Assembly (NCBI GenBank): GCA_029247365.1
Contig: JAQWLJ010000002.1
Location: 73,111-137,110, forward strand
Source of the DNA: Acidimicrobiales bacterium
GTDB taxonomy: Bacteria > Actinomycetota > Acidimicrobiia > Acidimicrobiales > Aldehydirespiratoraceae
Reading direction: 5' to 3'
Length of the DNA: 64,000 bases
The notes beneath the pieces were generated by a model. It saw only the letters and a program-made list of their open reading frames with translations, had not been told where the DNA came from and searched no databases. The position numbers and the translations under genes are program-made. Of this stretch, positions 52,472-62,620 are shown piece by piece (within the stretch, counting starts at the first letter, position 1; each line of letters starts with the position of its first letter).

Positions 52472-53113
52472 TCAGTCGTCGATGAGGCCGGCGCCTGCGC
52501 CGCGCAGACGTGACGCCTCGGTGTCGGGTGCGTAGGTCCGGTGGGCGTACGCCTCCAGGCGGGCCCACGCCGATGGGTCGACCGTCCAGCCCTCAGCCGG
52601 TGCCGTCAGCCGGTCACCATTGAGGTGACCTGGTTCGACGATGACGTTCGCCTCCGTCGCAAACAACGAGCCCTGCCCAGTGGCGTGGTCAGCTGCGACC
52701 CCGAGCGCCGAGTCGTCCCAGCGGCCGACCAATGCCGTTGCGGTGCGTGCAGCTACGACCGACAGGGCGAAGCCGAGAAGCAGCGGCTGCCGAACCCGCC
52801 CGAGCTCAACGCGCCCTTCGGCAAGCCGCCCCGCCAGATCGGCACACACCGTGCCGACCACAACCGGGTCGAGTGCCAGGGGGTGATCGGCCCATGCAAG
52901 CCCAACATCAGGTGGGGCAACCTCGACATGGGACCGCCCGTCGCGCCAGTCGAGAAGGTCGACCAGTAGTTCCGGCCCGGGGAGCCCGTGATCGGCGAGC
53001 CACCGGGCGACTCTGCCGGCGTCGGATGCCAGCCCCCACGGCATGCCCGCACCCTTCGCCGCCTTCTTTGCCATCGCATCGATCTCGTTCGACGACAGAA
53101 CCAACGCTGTCAC
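52472..53113 (-). CDS. Hypothetical protein (reminiscent of DUF3726)
   Basis: 213 aa. The N-terminal block SNEIDAMAKKAAKGAGMPWGLASDAGRVARWLADHGLPG recalls DUF3726 from memory only. ATGA overlap with the upstream gene. Confidence 0.5.
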   Translation of the reverse strand: MTALVLSSNEIDAMAKKAAKGAGMPWGLASDAGRVARWLADHGLPGPELLVDLLDWRDGRSHVEVAPPDVGLAWADHPLALDPVVVGTVCADLAGRLAEGRVELGRVRQPLLLGFALSVVAARTATALVGRWDDSALGVAADHATGQGSLFATEANVIVEPGHLNGDRLTAPAEGWTVDPSAWARLEAYAHRTYAPDTEASRLRGAGAGLIDD

Positions 53114-54846
53114 CGCGCGCCGACCTCGCCGAGCGGCGGGTAACCCCAGTCATCGATGGTGTCGACGGGCAGGTCGTCGAGCTCGTCCGGGAACGGGGCG
53201 TGGCGAAACATGATGATGCGCACCCAGCGATCGGAGCGCGGATCGAACCGGGTGGCACCGAAGTACGACAGCTTGCAGCGGAGCATGTCGATCGGAAGCA
53301 CGTCAGCCGAGATCGTGTTGTCGCGGATCTCCGCATACGGAAAGGCGACCGACTGCTGGGCTCGGCGGGTCACAAACCGATGCTCGGGGTGCACGAGCAG
53401 GAAAGCGGCGACTGTCGCCTCGCCGTCCCAGGCGAGAAGGTCAGCGTGCAGCTTCGCAGCGTCGCGCCCGGGCGCAAGCGGCGACTCATAGGGCTCGATG
53501 AGTTCCTCGTGTCGCTCCCCCATTCGCGGCTCGAGCTTGTCCTCCGAGACGTACCAGGCCCGCGCTGTCTCATGGTGGGTGTCCCAGTCGATACCAATCG
53601 CCCAGCCGTAGACGTCGGCGACCAGTGCCGTGAGCTCGCTGGTAGTCATTGAGCCCTCGATTGCGAAGAACGCGCCCTCGTCGGACCCCATCTCGGTGGC
53701 GAGATCGTCGACTAGGTCGCTGTACGGCTCGAGCACCAGCGACACGAGCTGCTCCTGGCCCTCGAGATCGAGCGCGTCGTCGGCCCAGCGGACCAATCGG
53801 TCCCAAGGCTCGGGTCCTGCGATTAGTGCGGGAGCAATGTCGGCGAGGGCGTCGAGGTCGGCAACCAACGCCGCAACCTTCTCCATCTGGAGCTCGTGAA
53901 CAGACCGCCAGCTGGCTGCGTTTACCTGCGCTCGTTCGAGGAGCTCAAGGAACCGAGTTTGGGCCTCGAGTCCAGCCGTCGGCAACGCCCGCACCCGTGC
54001 GAGCGCCGTCTCCTTTGCCACGATCCAGTTGCTGAACAGCGACGGATGGTTGATGACAAACGGCGCCATGCCGAGCCCGGTGGCGTTGCCGACCCCGAGA
54101 CTCCGCCGCAAGGCTGGATCCATCGGAACCGCTGTAGCCGGTGAACGAAGCGTCGCGAGGTGCTCGACAAGGTCGAGGGTGAAGGCCCGGATCAAAAAAA
54201 CCGTGAGCATCTCGGCCTGGAACGGGCCCTCGAGTTCGGGGCGGTCGGCGATCCGCTCACGGTCGGCAAGGCCGAACTTGCCCGACCCGTAAACCGCAGT
54301 CGTCCGCATGAGGTAGCCGACCTCGTCGAGCTTGGCGGGCTCGGGTTGCTCGCCGGCGGCGAGGCGATCGACCACGTGTTCGAACAGGCGCACCGACCGG
54401 TTGGCTCGGGACAGGGTCAGCTCGCCTGCCGAGACCCGTCCGGCCTCCTGGAGCGGGACGTTGGCGGCAAGGCGTTCGATCGTCGCATCGTCGGCGACAC
54501 CGTCGACGAGTGCGTACGTCGAGTCCCATGCCTGAGCGATCACCCGATCCGACCGCTGGTCAGCCGGCAGGTCGTGAGCGAAGGCGACCAGGCTGTAGGT
54601 GCGCTCGGGACCACGGGCCTCATAGACCGCGACGCCCACACCCGGCTCGGCGATGTCGAACCGAACCCGCTCGAACGTCCAGCGCTCGCGGGCGAGTCGG
54701 CGAAGAAGGACCCGCATGAACGACAAGCGCGACTGATGGAAGGAGCCGAGCCGGGCAAGCTTCATCACGGTGTTGGGCGGGCGCAGCTCTACCGCAGGCG
54801 GTGTCGTCACGGCGCTAACGTACCGCGGACCCGTGGCCCGCAACAC
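53110..54846 (-). CDS. Large conserved-looking hypothetical protein, no family recognised
   Basis: 578-aa uninterrupted ORF with strong GC3 bias. An alternative start is ATG 54765 (MKLARLGSFHQSRL). Confidence 0.6.
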   Translation of the reverse strand: MLRATGPRYVSAVTTPPAVELRPPNTVMKLARLGSFHQSRLSFMRVLLRRLARERWTFERVRFDIAEPGVGVAVYEARGPERTYSLVAFAHDLPADQRSDRVIAQAWDSTYALVDGVADDATIERLAANVPLQEAGRVSAGELTLSRANRSVRLFEHVVDRLAAGEQPEPAKLDEVGYLMRTTAVYGSGKFGLADRERIADRPELEGPFQAEMLTVFLIRAFTLDLVEHLATLRSPATAVPMDPALRRSLGVGNATGLGMAPFVINHPSLFSNWIVAKETALARVRALPTAGLEAQTRFLELLERAQVNAASWRSVHELQMEKVAALVADLDALADIAPALIAGPEPWDRLVRWADDALDLEGQEQLVSLVLEPYSDLVDDLATEMGSDEGAFFAIEGSMTTSELTALVADVYGWAIGIDWDTHHETARAWYVSEDKLEPRMGERHEELIEPYESPLAPGRDAAKLHADLLAWDGEATVAAFLLVHPEHRFVTRRAQQSVAFPYAEIRDNTISADVLPIDMLRCKLSYFGATRFDPRSDRWVRIIMFRHAPFPDELDDLPVDTIDDWGYPPLGEVGAR

Positions 54847-54899
54847 CGCGAGGCCCGCGAGTTGTTCGCGTGGGCCGCGTCCACCGAGAGGGAATTTTC

Positions 54900-56345
54900 G
54901 TGACCACTGCCAAAACCGGCGCTCATCTCATCGACGGCGAGTGGGTTACCAGCCCCACCACCGGCGTCAGTATCAACCCTGCCCGACCCGACGAGCCCGT
55001 GGGTGACTACTCCCTGGGCGACGCCAGCACGGCTGCCGACGCCATCGGTGCAGCGACTGTCGCCCTCAACGGCTGGGCGACGACCTCGTTCGGGGCGCGG
55101 GCGAAGCTCATGGAGCAGACCGCCGTCCTCATCGAGAGCCGGATCGAGGAGCTCGCCACGCTCTGCACCCTCGAGGAGGGCAAGACGTTGCCTGAGTCGC
55201 GCGGCGAGGTAGCACTCGCGGCTGAGACGTTCCGGTTCCACGCCGGCATGGCGAAGACCTCGACCGAACGCATCTTCCCCTCCCCCACCCCCGGCGAGAC
55301 GATCCGTACCGTACGAAGCCCGCTCGGCGTGGTCGGCGTGATCACGCCGTGGAACTTCCCGATCCAGATCCCGGCGTGGAAGATCGCCCCCGCCCTCGCA
55401 GCGGGCAACACAGTTGTGTGGAAGCCGGCGAGCAATACGCCGCTGCTCGCAGTGGCACTCGCTCGCATCCTTCACGAGGCAGGTTTCCCGCCCGGCGTTG
55501 TCAACCTCGTGCTCGGACCCGGCTCGATGGGTCAGGCCATGGTCGATGACGAGCGGGTGCACGGCATCACCTTCACCGGCTCGGTTCCGGTTGGGGTCGG
55601 AATTCGCGACGCGGTCACCGCCCGGAATGCTCGAGTGCAACTCGAGTTGGGCGGCCACAACCCAGCGATCGTGTGCGACGACGCCGACCTCGATCTCGCC
55701 GTGCCCGCCATCGTCGCCGGAGCGATGGGTGCCACCGGTCAGAAGTGCACGGCAACGCGTCGCATCATCGCAACGCCTGGTATTCACGACGAACTCACAG
55801 AACGACTGATCGCTGCGGTATCGGCGCTGCAGGTCGGTGACGGCATGCACGAGGGCATCGGTATCGGTCCGCTCGTCTCGCCCGGTGCTCGAGCCGAAGT
55901 AGCCGAGGCCTACGACGCAGTCGTGGCCGAGGGAGCCGAGATCCTCGCCTCGGCCGAGGCGCCCACTGGCGGATTCTACTTCGCCCCAACGCTGTTTGCC
56001 GGTTCGCCCGACCTCTCGATCGGTCGCGATGAGGTGTTCGGCCCACTCTCGCTGGTGCTCGCGGCGGACTCCGACGACGAGGCGTTCGCCATGGCCAACG
56101 ACACCGAGTTCGGCTTGTCGGCCTCAGTCTTCACCAACGATCTGTGGCGGATCGACCGGGCCTTGCACGAGCTCCAGGCGGGCGTGATCAAGATCAACGC
56201 GCCGACTACCGGCACCGAACTCCACGCGCCGTTCGGCGGCGACAAGGCTTCGTCTGGTCACGCCGCCCGCGAACAGGGCGACACTGCAGTCGATTTCTTC
56301 ACCCGGACCCGCACCGCCTACATCCGACCCGGAAGGCCGGCATGA
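54900..56345 (+). CDS. NAD(P)-dependent aldehyde dehydrogenase
   Basis: GTG 54900 preceded by GAGAGGGA. ELGGHNP and GQKCTATRR catalytic blocks. Confidence 0.85.
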   Translation: MTTAKTGAHLIDGEWVTSPTTGVSINPARPDEPVGDYSLGDASTAADAIGAATVALNGWATTSFGARAKLMEQTAVLIESRIEELATLCTLEEGKTLPESRGEVALAAETFRFHAGMAKTSTERIFPSPTPGETIRTVRSPLGVVGVITPWNFPIQIPAWKIAPALAAGNTVVWKPASNTPLLAVALARILHEAGFPPGVVNLVLGPGSMGQAMVDDERVHGITFTGSVPVGVGIRDAVTARNARVQLELGGHNPAIVCDDADLDLAVPAIVAGAMGATGQKCTATRRIIATPGIHDELTERLIAAVSALQVGDGMHEGIGIGPLVSPGARAEVAEAYDAVVAEGAEILASAEAPTGGFYFAPTLFAGSPDLSIGRDEVFGPLSLVLAADSDDEAFAMANDTEFGLSASVFTNDLWRIDRALHELQAGVIKINAPTTGTELHAPFGGDKASSGHAAREQGDTAVDFFTRTRTAYIRPGRPA

Positions 56346-57316
56346 GCATCGCCAGCGTCCCGATGGTCGTCGATGGCCTTCAGATCAACGACTGGTCTCG
56401 GCCCATCATCGAAGAGGTCCGATCGGGCGGTGTTGACATCGTCCATGCAACCGTCGGCGTGTGGGAGGACACCGCAGCGACATTCACCCGCATCGGCGCC
56501 TTCCGCCACCTATGTCGGGTGAACGACGACATCATCCGAATCGTGCGCACAGTCGATGACATGCACAGAGCGAAAGCCGATGGCGTGCTCGGTGTGGTCC
56601 TCGGCTTCCAAAACAGCTCGATGATCGGGGACGACCCCGAGCTCGTCGGCATGTTTTCTGACGTCGGTGTGCGGATCATTCAACTCACCTACAACATCGC
56701 CAACCACCTCGGGTCGAGTTGCTACGAACCGATCGACGCCGGCCTCACTCGCGCTGGTCATCGCATGGTCGACGCGTTCGATCGCGAAGGCGTCCTGATC
56801 GACATCAGCCATGTCGGCAACGTCACCGGCCGCGATGCCTGCGAGGCGTCGCGCAACCCGATCGCGATCACCCACGGCAACCCGTACTCGTTCTGCGAAG
56901 CGCCGCGGAACAAGCCGATGGACCTGATCGAAGCCGTCGCGGCCCGTGGGGGCATCGTCGGTTGCACCTTTTATCCGCTCTTCGCCGGCGGCGCGGGCAC
57001 GACCCGCGAGCAGTACTGCGAAATGCTGTACGACCTGGCCGAGCGGATCGGTGTCGACCATGTCGCAATCGGCACCGACGCCGTACTCGGCTGGGCGCCC
57101 GACGCGCTCGGCTGGATGCGCAGCGGTCGGTGGGACCGCCCCACCAAACCCAGCGAGATCCCCGAGTTCCCGCCCTGGTTCGACTGGTTCCAGGGCCCGA
57201 AGGACTTTCCGAACCTGGCCGAGGGCCTAACCGAGGCTGGGTTCTCAAACGAGGACCGCGACAAAATCCTCGGCGGCAACTGGATACGCCTCTTCGGCAC
57301 CGTCTTTCCGTCGTAG
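56342..57316 (+). CDS. Membrane-dipeptidase (M19/renal dipeptidase) family hydrolase
   Basis: ATG 56342 overlaps the ALDH stop (ATGA). DGLQIN, IIQLTYN, IDISH and HVAIGTD blocks. Confidence 0.75.
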   Translation: MSIASVPMVVDGLQINDWSRPIIEEVRSGGVDIVHATVGVWEDTAATFTRIGAFRHLCRVNDDIIRIVRTVDDMHRAKADGVLGVVLGFQNSSMIGDDPELVGMFSDVGVRIIQLTYNIANHLGSSCYEPIDAGLTRAGHRMVDAFDREGVLIDISHVGNVTGRDACEASRNPIAITHGNPYSFCEAPRNKPMDLIEAVAARGGIVGCTFYPLFAGGAGTTREQYCEMLYDLAERIGVDHVAIGTDAVLGWAPDALGWMRSGRWDRPTKPSEIPEFPPWFDWFQGPKDFPNLAEGLTEAGFSNEDRDKILGGNWIRLFGTVFPS

Positions 57317-57359
57317 CGAACGCGGCGGCGGACCGCAGCGTTGGGCACTCGAAGGCTGA

Positions 57360-58346
57360 TCAGGCCGCTGCGAGTTCCTGCATGAGGATCCAGGTCGTGT
57401 CGTCGACATCGACGGCGTCGGGCAACGGGGTCGGTACCCCCGGCAGGCGGGCGCCTGGCTGTTCGTCGACCGTCGCTGCAAGCGCCTCAATCCGATCGTG
57501 GAAGCCCGACCCGGCATACCCCCCCGGGTCAATCAGCACGTAAAACTGGCCGAGGTCGTGCGGGCCACCGTCGACCGCCTTCAGCGGCTCCATCTCCCAG
57601 CTCGAGATGCCAGCGGTCAAGGCGGAGGCAAGGACCTCGACCATCAGACCAATCCCATAACCCTTGTAGCCGCCGGCGGACACGAGCGACCCTCGCAACG
57701 CCGCATGGGGATCAGTGGTCGGCTCACCGTTCTCGTCGACTGCCCAACCGAGCGGGATCGTCTCATCGGCCGCAGCCGCCATCGTGATCTTGCCGAGCGC
57801 GACTGCGCTCGTCGAGAAGTCCCACTGGAAGGCGACACCGCTGCCACGGCCCGGGACCGCCATCGCAAACGGGTTGGTGCCGAGGAGCGGCTTGGCGCCG
57901 CCCGGCGGCGCGACACGAGCAGTGGAGTTGGTGGCGCCGATCGCAATGAGCCCAGCTTCGGCAAGCTGTTCGGTGAAGTAGCCGAGTGACGTGCAGGTGT
58001 GACTGTGCTCGATCGAGTAGCCACACACGCCGCCAGCCTTTGCTGCTTCGACCGCCTCGTCGAACCCTGCCGCAAATGCGGGCTGGGCGAAGCCGAAGCC
58101 GGCATCGACGCGCACGGCACCCGCTTTTTCGTGGGTGACGACCGGATCAACGGTTCCATGCACTCGGCCCGACACCAACTGCCGGCAGTACGACTCAACG
58201 TAGTACAGGCCACAGATCTTGTTGCCCTTTGCCTCGGCCACCCGAACAGCCCGGGCGACGGATGCAGCGACAGCAGGCGCTGCTCCATGAGCTTCGAGCG
58301 CGGTGGCGACGGTCGACTCAATCTCGGTCAGCGCGATCTTCGGCAT
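57360..58346 (-). CDS. Ldh_2-family (malate/L-lactate/sulfolactate-type) oxidoreductase
   Basis: 328 aa. [12 protein letters not shown] and [13 protein letters not shown] blocks. Confidence 0.75.
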   Translation of the reverse strand: MPKIALTEIESTVATALEAHGAAPAVAASVARAVRVAEAKGNKICGLYYVESYCRQLVSGRVHGTVDPVVTHEKAGAVRVDAGFGFAQPAFAAGFDEAVEAAKAGGVCGYSIEHSHTCTSLGYFTEQLAEAGLIAIGATNSTARVAPPGGAKPLLGTNPFAMAVPGRGSGVAFQWDFSTSAVALGKITMAAAADETIPLGWAVDENGEPTTDPHAALRGSLVSAGGYKGYGIGLMVEVLASALTAGISSWEMEPLKAVDGGPHDLGQFYVLIDPGGYAGSGFHDRIEALAATVDEQPGARLPGVPTPLPDAVDVDDTTWILMQELAAA

Positions 58347-58684
58347 GGCCCGTCAGCTTGCCACAACCGATCGAAGTACCGGCGAGTATTGGCGTTCATG
58401 ACCTACTCGTCGACGACGTCACCAGTCATCCCGATGCCGACACCGTTGGACCAGAACATCGCAGCAAACACCTTGAGCAGCCTCTCACCGAAGGCACAGC
58501 CGAACTCGATACAGATGCCGTTGTTCGCCGCTGTCGAGGGGGCCACGGTGACGTCCGGCGCGACGGGAGTGAGGTACAGGAGCGTGTTCGAATCTCTTGG
58601 CTCTACCTCCTGGCCCAGCTGAGGTATTCACACTACATCAAACGGGTCACCGGGCCGAGGGGTCGCGCCCGCGAGACTGACGTC

Positions 58685-60325
58685 GTGGACCTCACCCAGA
58701 CGGATGCATGGCGGGCATTGGAAACCCACGCCACAGAGTTCGATCGGCTGGATCTTCGCGAGCTCTTCGCCAACGATCCCGCCCGGGTCGATCAGATGAC
58801 GCGCGCATGCGGCGACCTGACCATCGACTGGTCGAAGCACCTAGTCACACCGGCCATTGTCAACGGTCTCATCGCGCTGGCCGAGGAGGCTGGGCTCGCG
58901 GGAACGATCGCGGCGATGATGCGCGGCGATCGCATCAACACGACCGAGGACCGCGCCGTGTTGCACACCGCGTTGCGAGCACCCCGCGGCACCACGGTGA
59001 TGGAGGCAGGCGAGGACGTGGTCGCAGGGGTGCATGACGTGCTCGACGGTATGGCCGCATTGAGCGGGCGGGTGCGCAACGGCGACTGGCTCGGGGTAAC
59101 CGGCCTCGAGATCGAGACCGTGGTGAACATCGGTATCGGCGGATCCGACCTCGGTCCGGTCATGGCCTACGAAGCCCTCGCCGCCTTCCGCCACCCGCGT
59201 CTCCGCTGTCGGTTCGTCAGCAATGTCGACGGCAGCGACCTGGTCGCTGCCCTGCACGATCTCGACCCTGCCACGACGCTCTTCGTCATCGCATCAAAGA
59301 CGTTCACGACCCAGGAGACCCTCGCCAACGCACGCTCTGCGCGCACCTGGCTCACGGGTGCGCTGGGCCACGATGCTGTGGCCAAGCACTTCGTCGCCGT
59401 ATCGACCAACGCCGACGAGGTCGCAGCATTCGGGATCGATCCCGACAACATGTTCGGTTTTTGGGACTGGGTCGGCGGCCGATACTCGATCGACTCCGCG
59501 ATCGGGCTGTCCTTGATGATCGCAATCGGCGCCCCCGGATTCCGCGACATGCTCGCGGGCTTCCGAGCCGTCGACGAACACTTCGCCTCTGCGCCTCTCG
59601 CCGAGAACGTGCCTGCGCTCCTCGGTCTTATCGAGGTCTGGTACCGGACGTTTTGCGGTCTGCAGAGCCGAGCGATCCTTCCTTACTCGCGCTACCTCCA
59701 CCGGTTTCCCGCCTACCTCCAACAGCTCGACATGGAAAGCAACGGCAAGCGCACGCGGGTCGGCGGAGAACCTGTGACCTACGAGACCGGACCGGTCATC
59801 TGGGGCGAACCGGGCACCAACGGCCAGCATTCGTTCCACCAACTCCTCCACCAGGGAACCACGGTCATCCCGGCCGACTTCGTGGTGTTCGGGACGCCCG
59901 ATCATCGCGATGTCGAACTCGACGGCATTGAGGCGCATCACGACCTCCTCGTGGCGAATTGTCTCGCCCAAAGCGAGGCGCTGGCATTCGGCAAGACCGC
60001 CGAAGAGGTCGCTGCGACCGAACCGAATCCGCTGCTGGTGTCGCACCGGACCTTCCCCGGCAACCGACCGTCGACCACGATCATGGCTCCCGCTCTCACG
60101 CCGTCGCTGCTCGGCCAACTCGTCGCGCTGTACGAACACCAGGTGTTCACCCAAGGGGTCATCTGGGGGCTCAACAGCTTCGATCAGTGGGGGGTCGAGC
60201 TCGGCAAGCACCTTGCGGCGGCGATTATCCCCGAGCTCACAGCCAACGAGGCACCTGCGCTTGCCCACGACCCAAGCACCAATGCACTCATCGATCGCTA
60301 CCGCTCGATGCGGGGCCGGCCCTAG
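58685..60325 (+). CDS. pgi: Glucose-6-phosphate isomerase
   Basis: Start set at GTG 58685 ([12 protein letters not shown]), giving 546 aa. [19 protein letters not shown] and MESNGK blocks. Confidence 0.9.
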   Translation: MDLTQTDAWRALETHATEFDRLDLRELFANDPARVDQMTRACGDLTIDWSKHLVTPAIVNGLIALAEEAGLAGTIAAMMRGDRINTTEDRAVLHTALRAPRGTTVMEAGEDVVAGVHDVLDGMAALSGRVRNGDWLGVTGLEIETVVNIGIGGSDLGPVMAYEALAAFRHPRLRCRFVSNVDGSDLVAALHDLDPATTLFVIASKTFTTQETLANARSARTWLTGALGHDAVAKHFVAVSTNADEVAAFGIDPDNMFGFWDWVGGRYSIDSAIGLSLMIAIGAPGFRDMLAGFRAVDEHFASAPLAENVPALLGLIEVWYRTFCGLQSRAILPYSRYLHRFPAYLQQLDMESNGKRTRVGGEPVTYETGPVIWGEPGTNGQHSFHQLLHQGTTVIPADFVVFGTPDHRDVELDGIEAHHDLLVANCLAQSEALAFGKTAEEVAATEPNPLLVSHRTFPGNRPSTTIMAPALTPSLLGQLVALYEHQVFTQGVIWGLNSFDQWGVELGKHLAAAIIPELTANEAPALAHDPSTNALIDRYRSMRGRP

Positions 60326-60339
60326 AGCGGCAGACCAGG

Positions 60340-60367
60340 CGCGTCGGTCGCCTCGTCGACCGACGCG
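60340..60367 (+). terminator. Candidate hairpin terminator after pgi
   Basis: Perfect 11-bp GC-rich stem CGCGTCGGTCG / CGACCGACGCG with a 6-nt loop. It is followed only by TTC, so the U-tract is poor. Confidence 0.35.
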
Positions 60368-60379
60368 TTCATCGCACGC

Positions 60380-60397
60380 AAAAGCAGAGCGCTCTGC
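60380..60397 (-). terminator. Candidate intrinsic terminator after the YceI-like gene
   Basis: 14-nt palindrome GCAGAGCGCTCTGC followed by TTTT on the minus strand. Confidence 0.35.
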
Positions 60398-60482
60398 CAC
60401 CGAGACCGACGAATTGTCGCTGCTTCACCTCAAGCGACGCACGCGAACCGCGCTGGCGCAGCCGACGCCACGCCCTCGAGGC

Positions 60483-61295
60483 TCAGCCCTTGGCGACGAT
60501 CAGTTGGAACTCGACGATGCCGCTCTCGTCGATCGACACGACGATCGGAGCAGTCGGTGGCGTCACGTCGAAATCCTCGAAGACAATCTCCGTCGACCCG
60601 GTGACGATGCCGAATCCGTCGTCGCGTAGCAACGCGTCGATCGTGAACGTGGCGGGGTTGGTGACGCCGTTGACCGTCAACGTGCCCACGGCCTCGATCC
60701 TGACGACTTCGCCGTCGGCGAGTCCGGCCGGTAGATCGACCGGATCACCCAGCACGAAGGTCGCAGTCGGGTTGGTCGAGGCACCGACGGCGCGTCGGAT
60801 CGCGCCTTCACGGCGACTGTCGTTCGACACGATCTCGTTCATGTCGACGACGACCTCGGTGGCCACCAGACGGCCGTCGCTGATAGTCAATGAACCGGTC
60901 ACGCCACCGGAACGACCAACCGCCACTACCTTGCCGACCGTGAGTTCCTCGTCGACGCGGAACCCAGCGAAGCTCCCACTCGCCGTCTCGAAGTCAAAGT
61001 CTCCGATCTCGTCGTCGATGATCCAGACCCCGTCGACGATGAGGTCGACTGCGCCGTCATCGTTGCCAGTCGAGGCAACGTCCTCGCCAGCCTCCTCGTC
61101 GACTCCTGCGCTCTCATCATCGACGGCATCGAGGGTGGTGGTCGACGCAGCGAGGTCCTCATTGAGTTGCGCGTTGGCAGCGACGACATCGACGGCATCG
61201 GGGGTGTCCCCTCGGAAGAACAGGAACCAGGCCGCGAAAACAATTCCGAGTGCGCCGAAGCCGATCAGCAACCACTTTTTGTTCATCGCATTCAT
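60483..61295 (-). CDS. Membrane-anchored YceI-like domain protein
   Basis: N-terminal TM, an acidic linker, and a C-terminal beta-rich domain with YceI-like blocks (GSFAGFRVDE, GVTGSL, TLTVNGVTNP). Confidence 0.6.
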   Translation of the reverse strand: MNAMNKKWLLIGFGALGIVFAAWFLFFRGDTPDAVDVVAANAQLNEDLAASTTTLDAVDDESAGVDEEAGEDVASTGNDDGAVDLIVDGVWIIDDEIGDFDFETASGSFAGFRVDEELTVGKVVAVGRSGGVTGSLTISDGRLVATEVVVDMNEIVSNDSRREGAIRRAVGASTNPTATFVLGDPVDLPAGLADGEVVRIEAVGTLTVNGVTNPATFTIDALLRDDGFGIVTGSTEIVFEDFDVTPPTAPIVVSIDESGIVEFQLIVAKG

Positions 61296-61363
61296 CTCCT
61301 GTTTCGCGTAATCAGATTCTGGTACGGCGCTTCGTCTCGGCGGGCGAGAGCGGGGAACTGTGA

Positions 61364-62620
61364 TCAGAGGGTCGATGCCACTTCGGCGACCGCCTCAATC
61401 GTGGCATCGATCTCGGCCGTACCGTGGGCGAGGGACGGGAAGAGTGCCTCATAAGCGCCAGGAGCGAGGGCAATGCCTCGATCGAGCATGCCGTGGAAGA
61501 ACCGCGGGTACACGCCGTTGTCGGCGGCAGCCTTGGCTGAGTCGAAGTCGTGGGGTTCGATGTCGGTGAAGAACAGGCCCAGCAATGGGCCCACTCGCGG
61601 CAACACCGCGCTGACTCCAGCAGCTGCGAAGGCGTCGAGCATGCCCTCCTGGAGCCGGCTGGCGGTGGCGGTGAGCTGCTCGTAGGCATCGGTGGTGAGA
61701 TGGCTCAGTGCCGCAAGACCGGCGGCGGTGGCGAGCGGGTTCCCCGACAGCGTCCCGGCTTGATACACACCGCCGAGCGGGGCCAGGTTTCCCATGGCCT
61801 CGCGGCTGGCCCCGAATGCGCCCATCGGCAGACCGCCACCGATGACTTTGCCAAAACACCAGACGTCGGGCTGGACACCGAACCACGCAGCTGAACCACC
61901 CCGACAGAGTCGGAAGCCGGTGATGACTTCGTCGAACAACAGGAGCGCACCGACGCGATCGCATTCGGCGCGAAGCCCTTCGAGAAAGCCAGGTGCTGGG
62001 GCGACGAGGCCCATGTTGGCTGCCACCGGTTCGACGCAGACGACGGCGATCGACTCGTCGAGTTCGGGCACGACGTTGTACGGCGCCACGATGGTGTCGG
62101 CGATCGCCCCGGCGGTGACGCCCTCAGAGCCCTTGAGACCCTGCTGAGCCACGCCAGAGCCACCGGCAACGAGCAGTGAGTCGGTGTGGCCGTGATAGTT
62201 GCCGGCGAACTTCACGATCTTGTCGCGACCGGTCGCGCCCCGGGCGAGGCGGATCGCACTCATCGCAGCCTCGGTGCCGCTCGACACCAATCGCACCATC
62301 TCCATCCCAGCCACGCGATCGCACATCTCTTCCGCGATACGGACCTCATTTTCGGTCGGCGCGCCGTAACTCGTCCCTCGCGACGCAGCATCGTTGATCG
62401 CCGCGAGGATCGCCGGATGGGCGTGGCCGAGGATGCTCGGGCCATAGCTCTGGACGAAATCGATATAGCGCTTGCCTTCGACGTCGTAGACGAAGGGCCC
62501 TTCGCCACGCTCGACGAAGTATGGCCTGCCCCCAACCGAACCAAAGGCCCGCACTGGTGAGTTGACGCCGCCGGGGATGACGGCCTGGGCGCGTTCGAAG
62601 AGGGATTCGTTGGTGGTCAC
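61364..62620 (-). CDS. hemL: Glutamate-1-semialdehyde 2,1-aminomutase
   Basis: 418 aa. GGVNSPVRAF, LLFDEVITGFR and GKVIGGG (PLP Lys) blocks. Confidence 0.9.
   Translation of the reverse strand: MTTNESLFERAQAVIPGGVNSPVRAFGSVGGRPYFVERGEGPFVYDVEGKRYIDFVQSYGPSILGHAHPAILAAINDAASRGTSYGAPTENEVRIAEEMCDRVAGMEMVRLVSSGTEAAMSAIRLARGATGRDKIVKFAGNYHGHTDSLLVAGGSGVAQQGLKGSEGVTAGAIADTIVAPYNVVPELDESIAVVCVEPVAANMGLVAPAPGFLEGLRAECDRVGALLLFDEVITGFRLCRGGSAAWFGVQPDVWCFGKVIGGGLPMGAFGASREAMGNLAPLGGVYQAGTLSGNPLATAAGLAALSHLTTDAYEQLTATASRLQEGMLDAFAAAGVSAVLPRVGPLLGLFFTDIEPHDFDSAKAAADNGVYPRFFHGMLDRGIALAPGAYEALFPSLAHGTAEIDATIEAVAEVASTL

Noticed and set aside
58586-58594. GTTCGAATC, identical to a tRNA T-loop consensus, in the spacer upstream of pgi.
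   Set aside because: The flanking bases cannot form a T-stem (GCGTG versus CTCTT). No acceptor or anticodon arms can be drawn on either strand.
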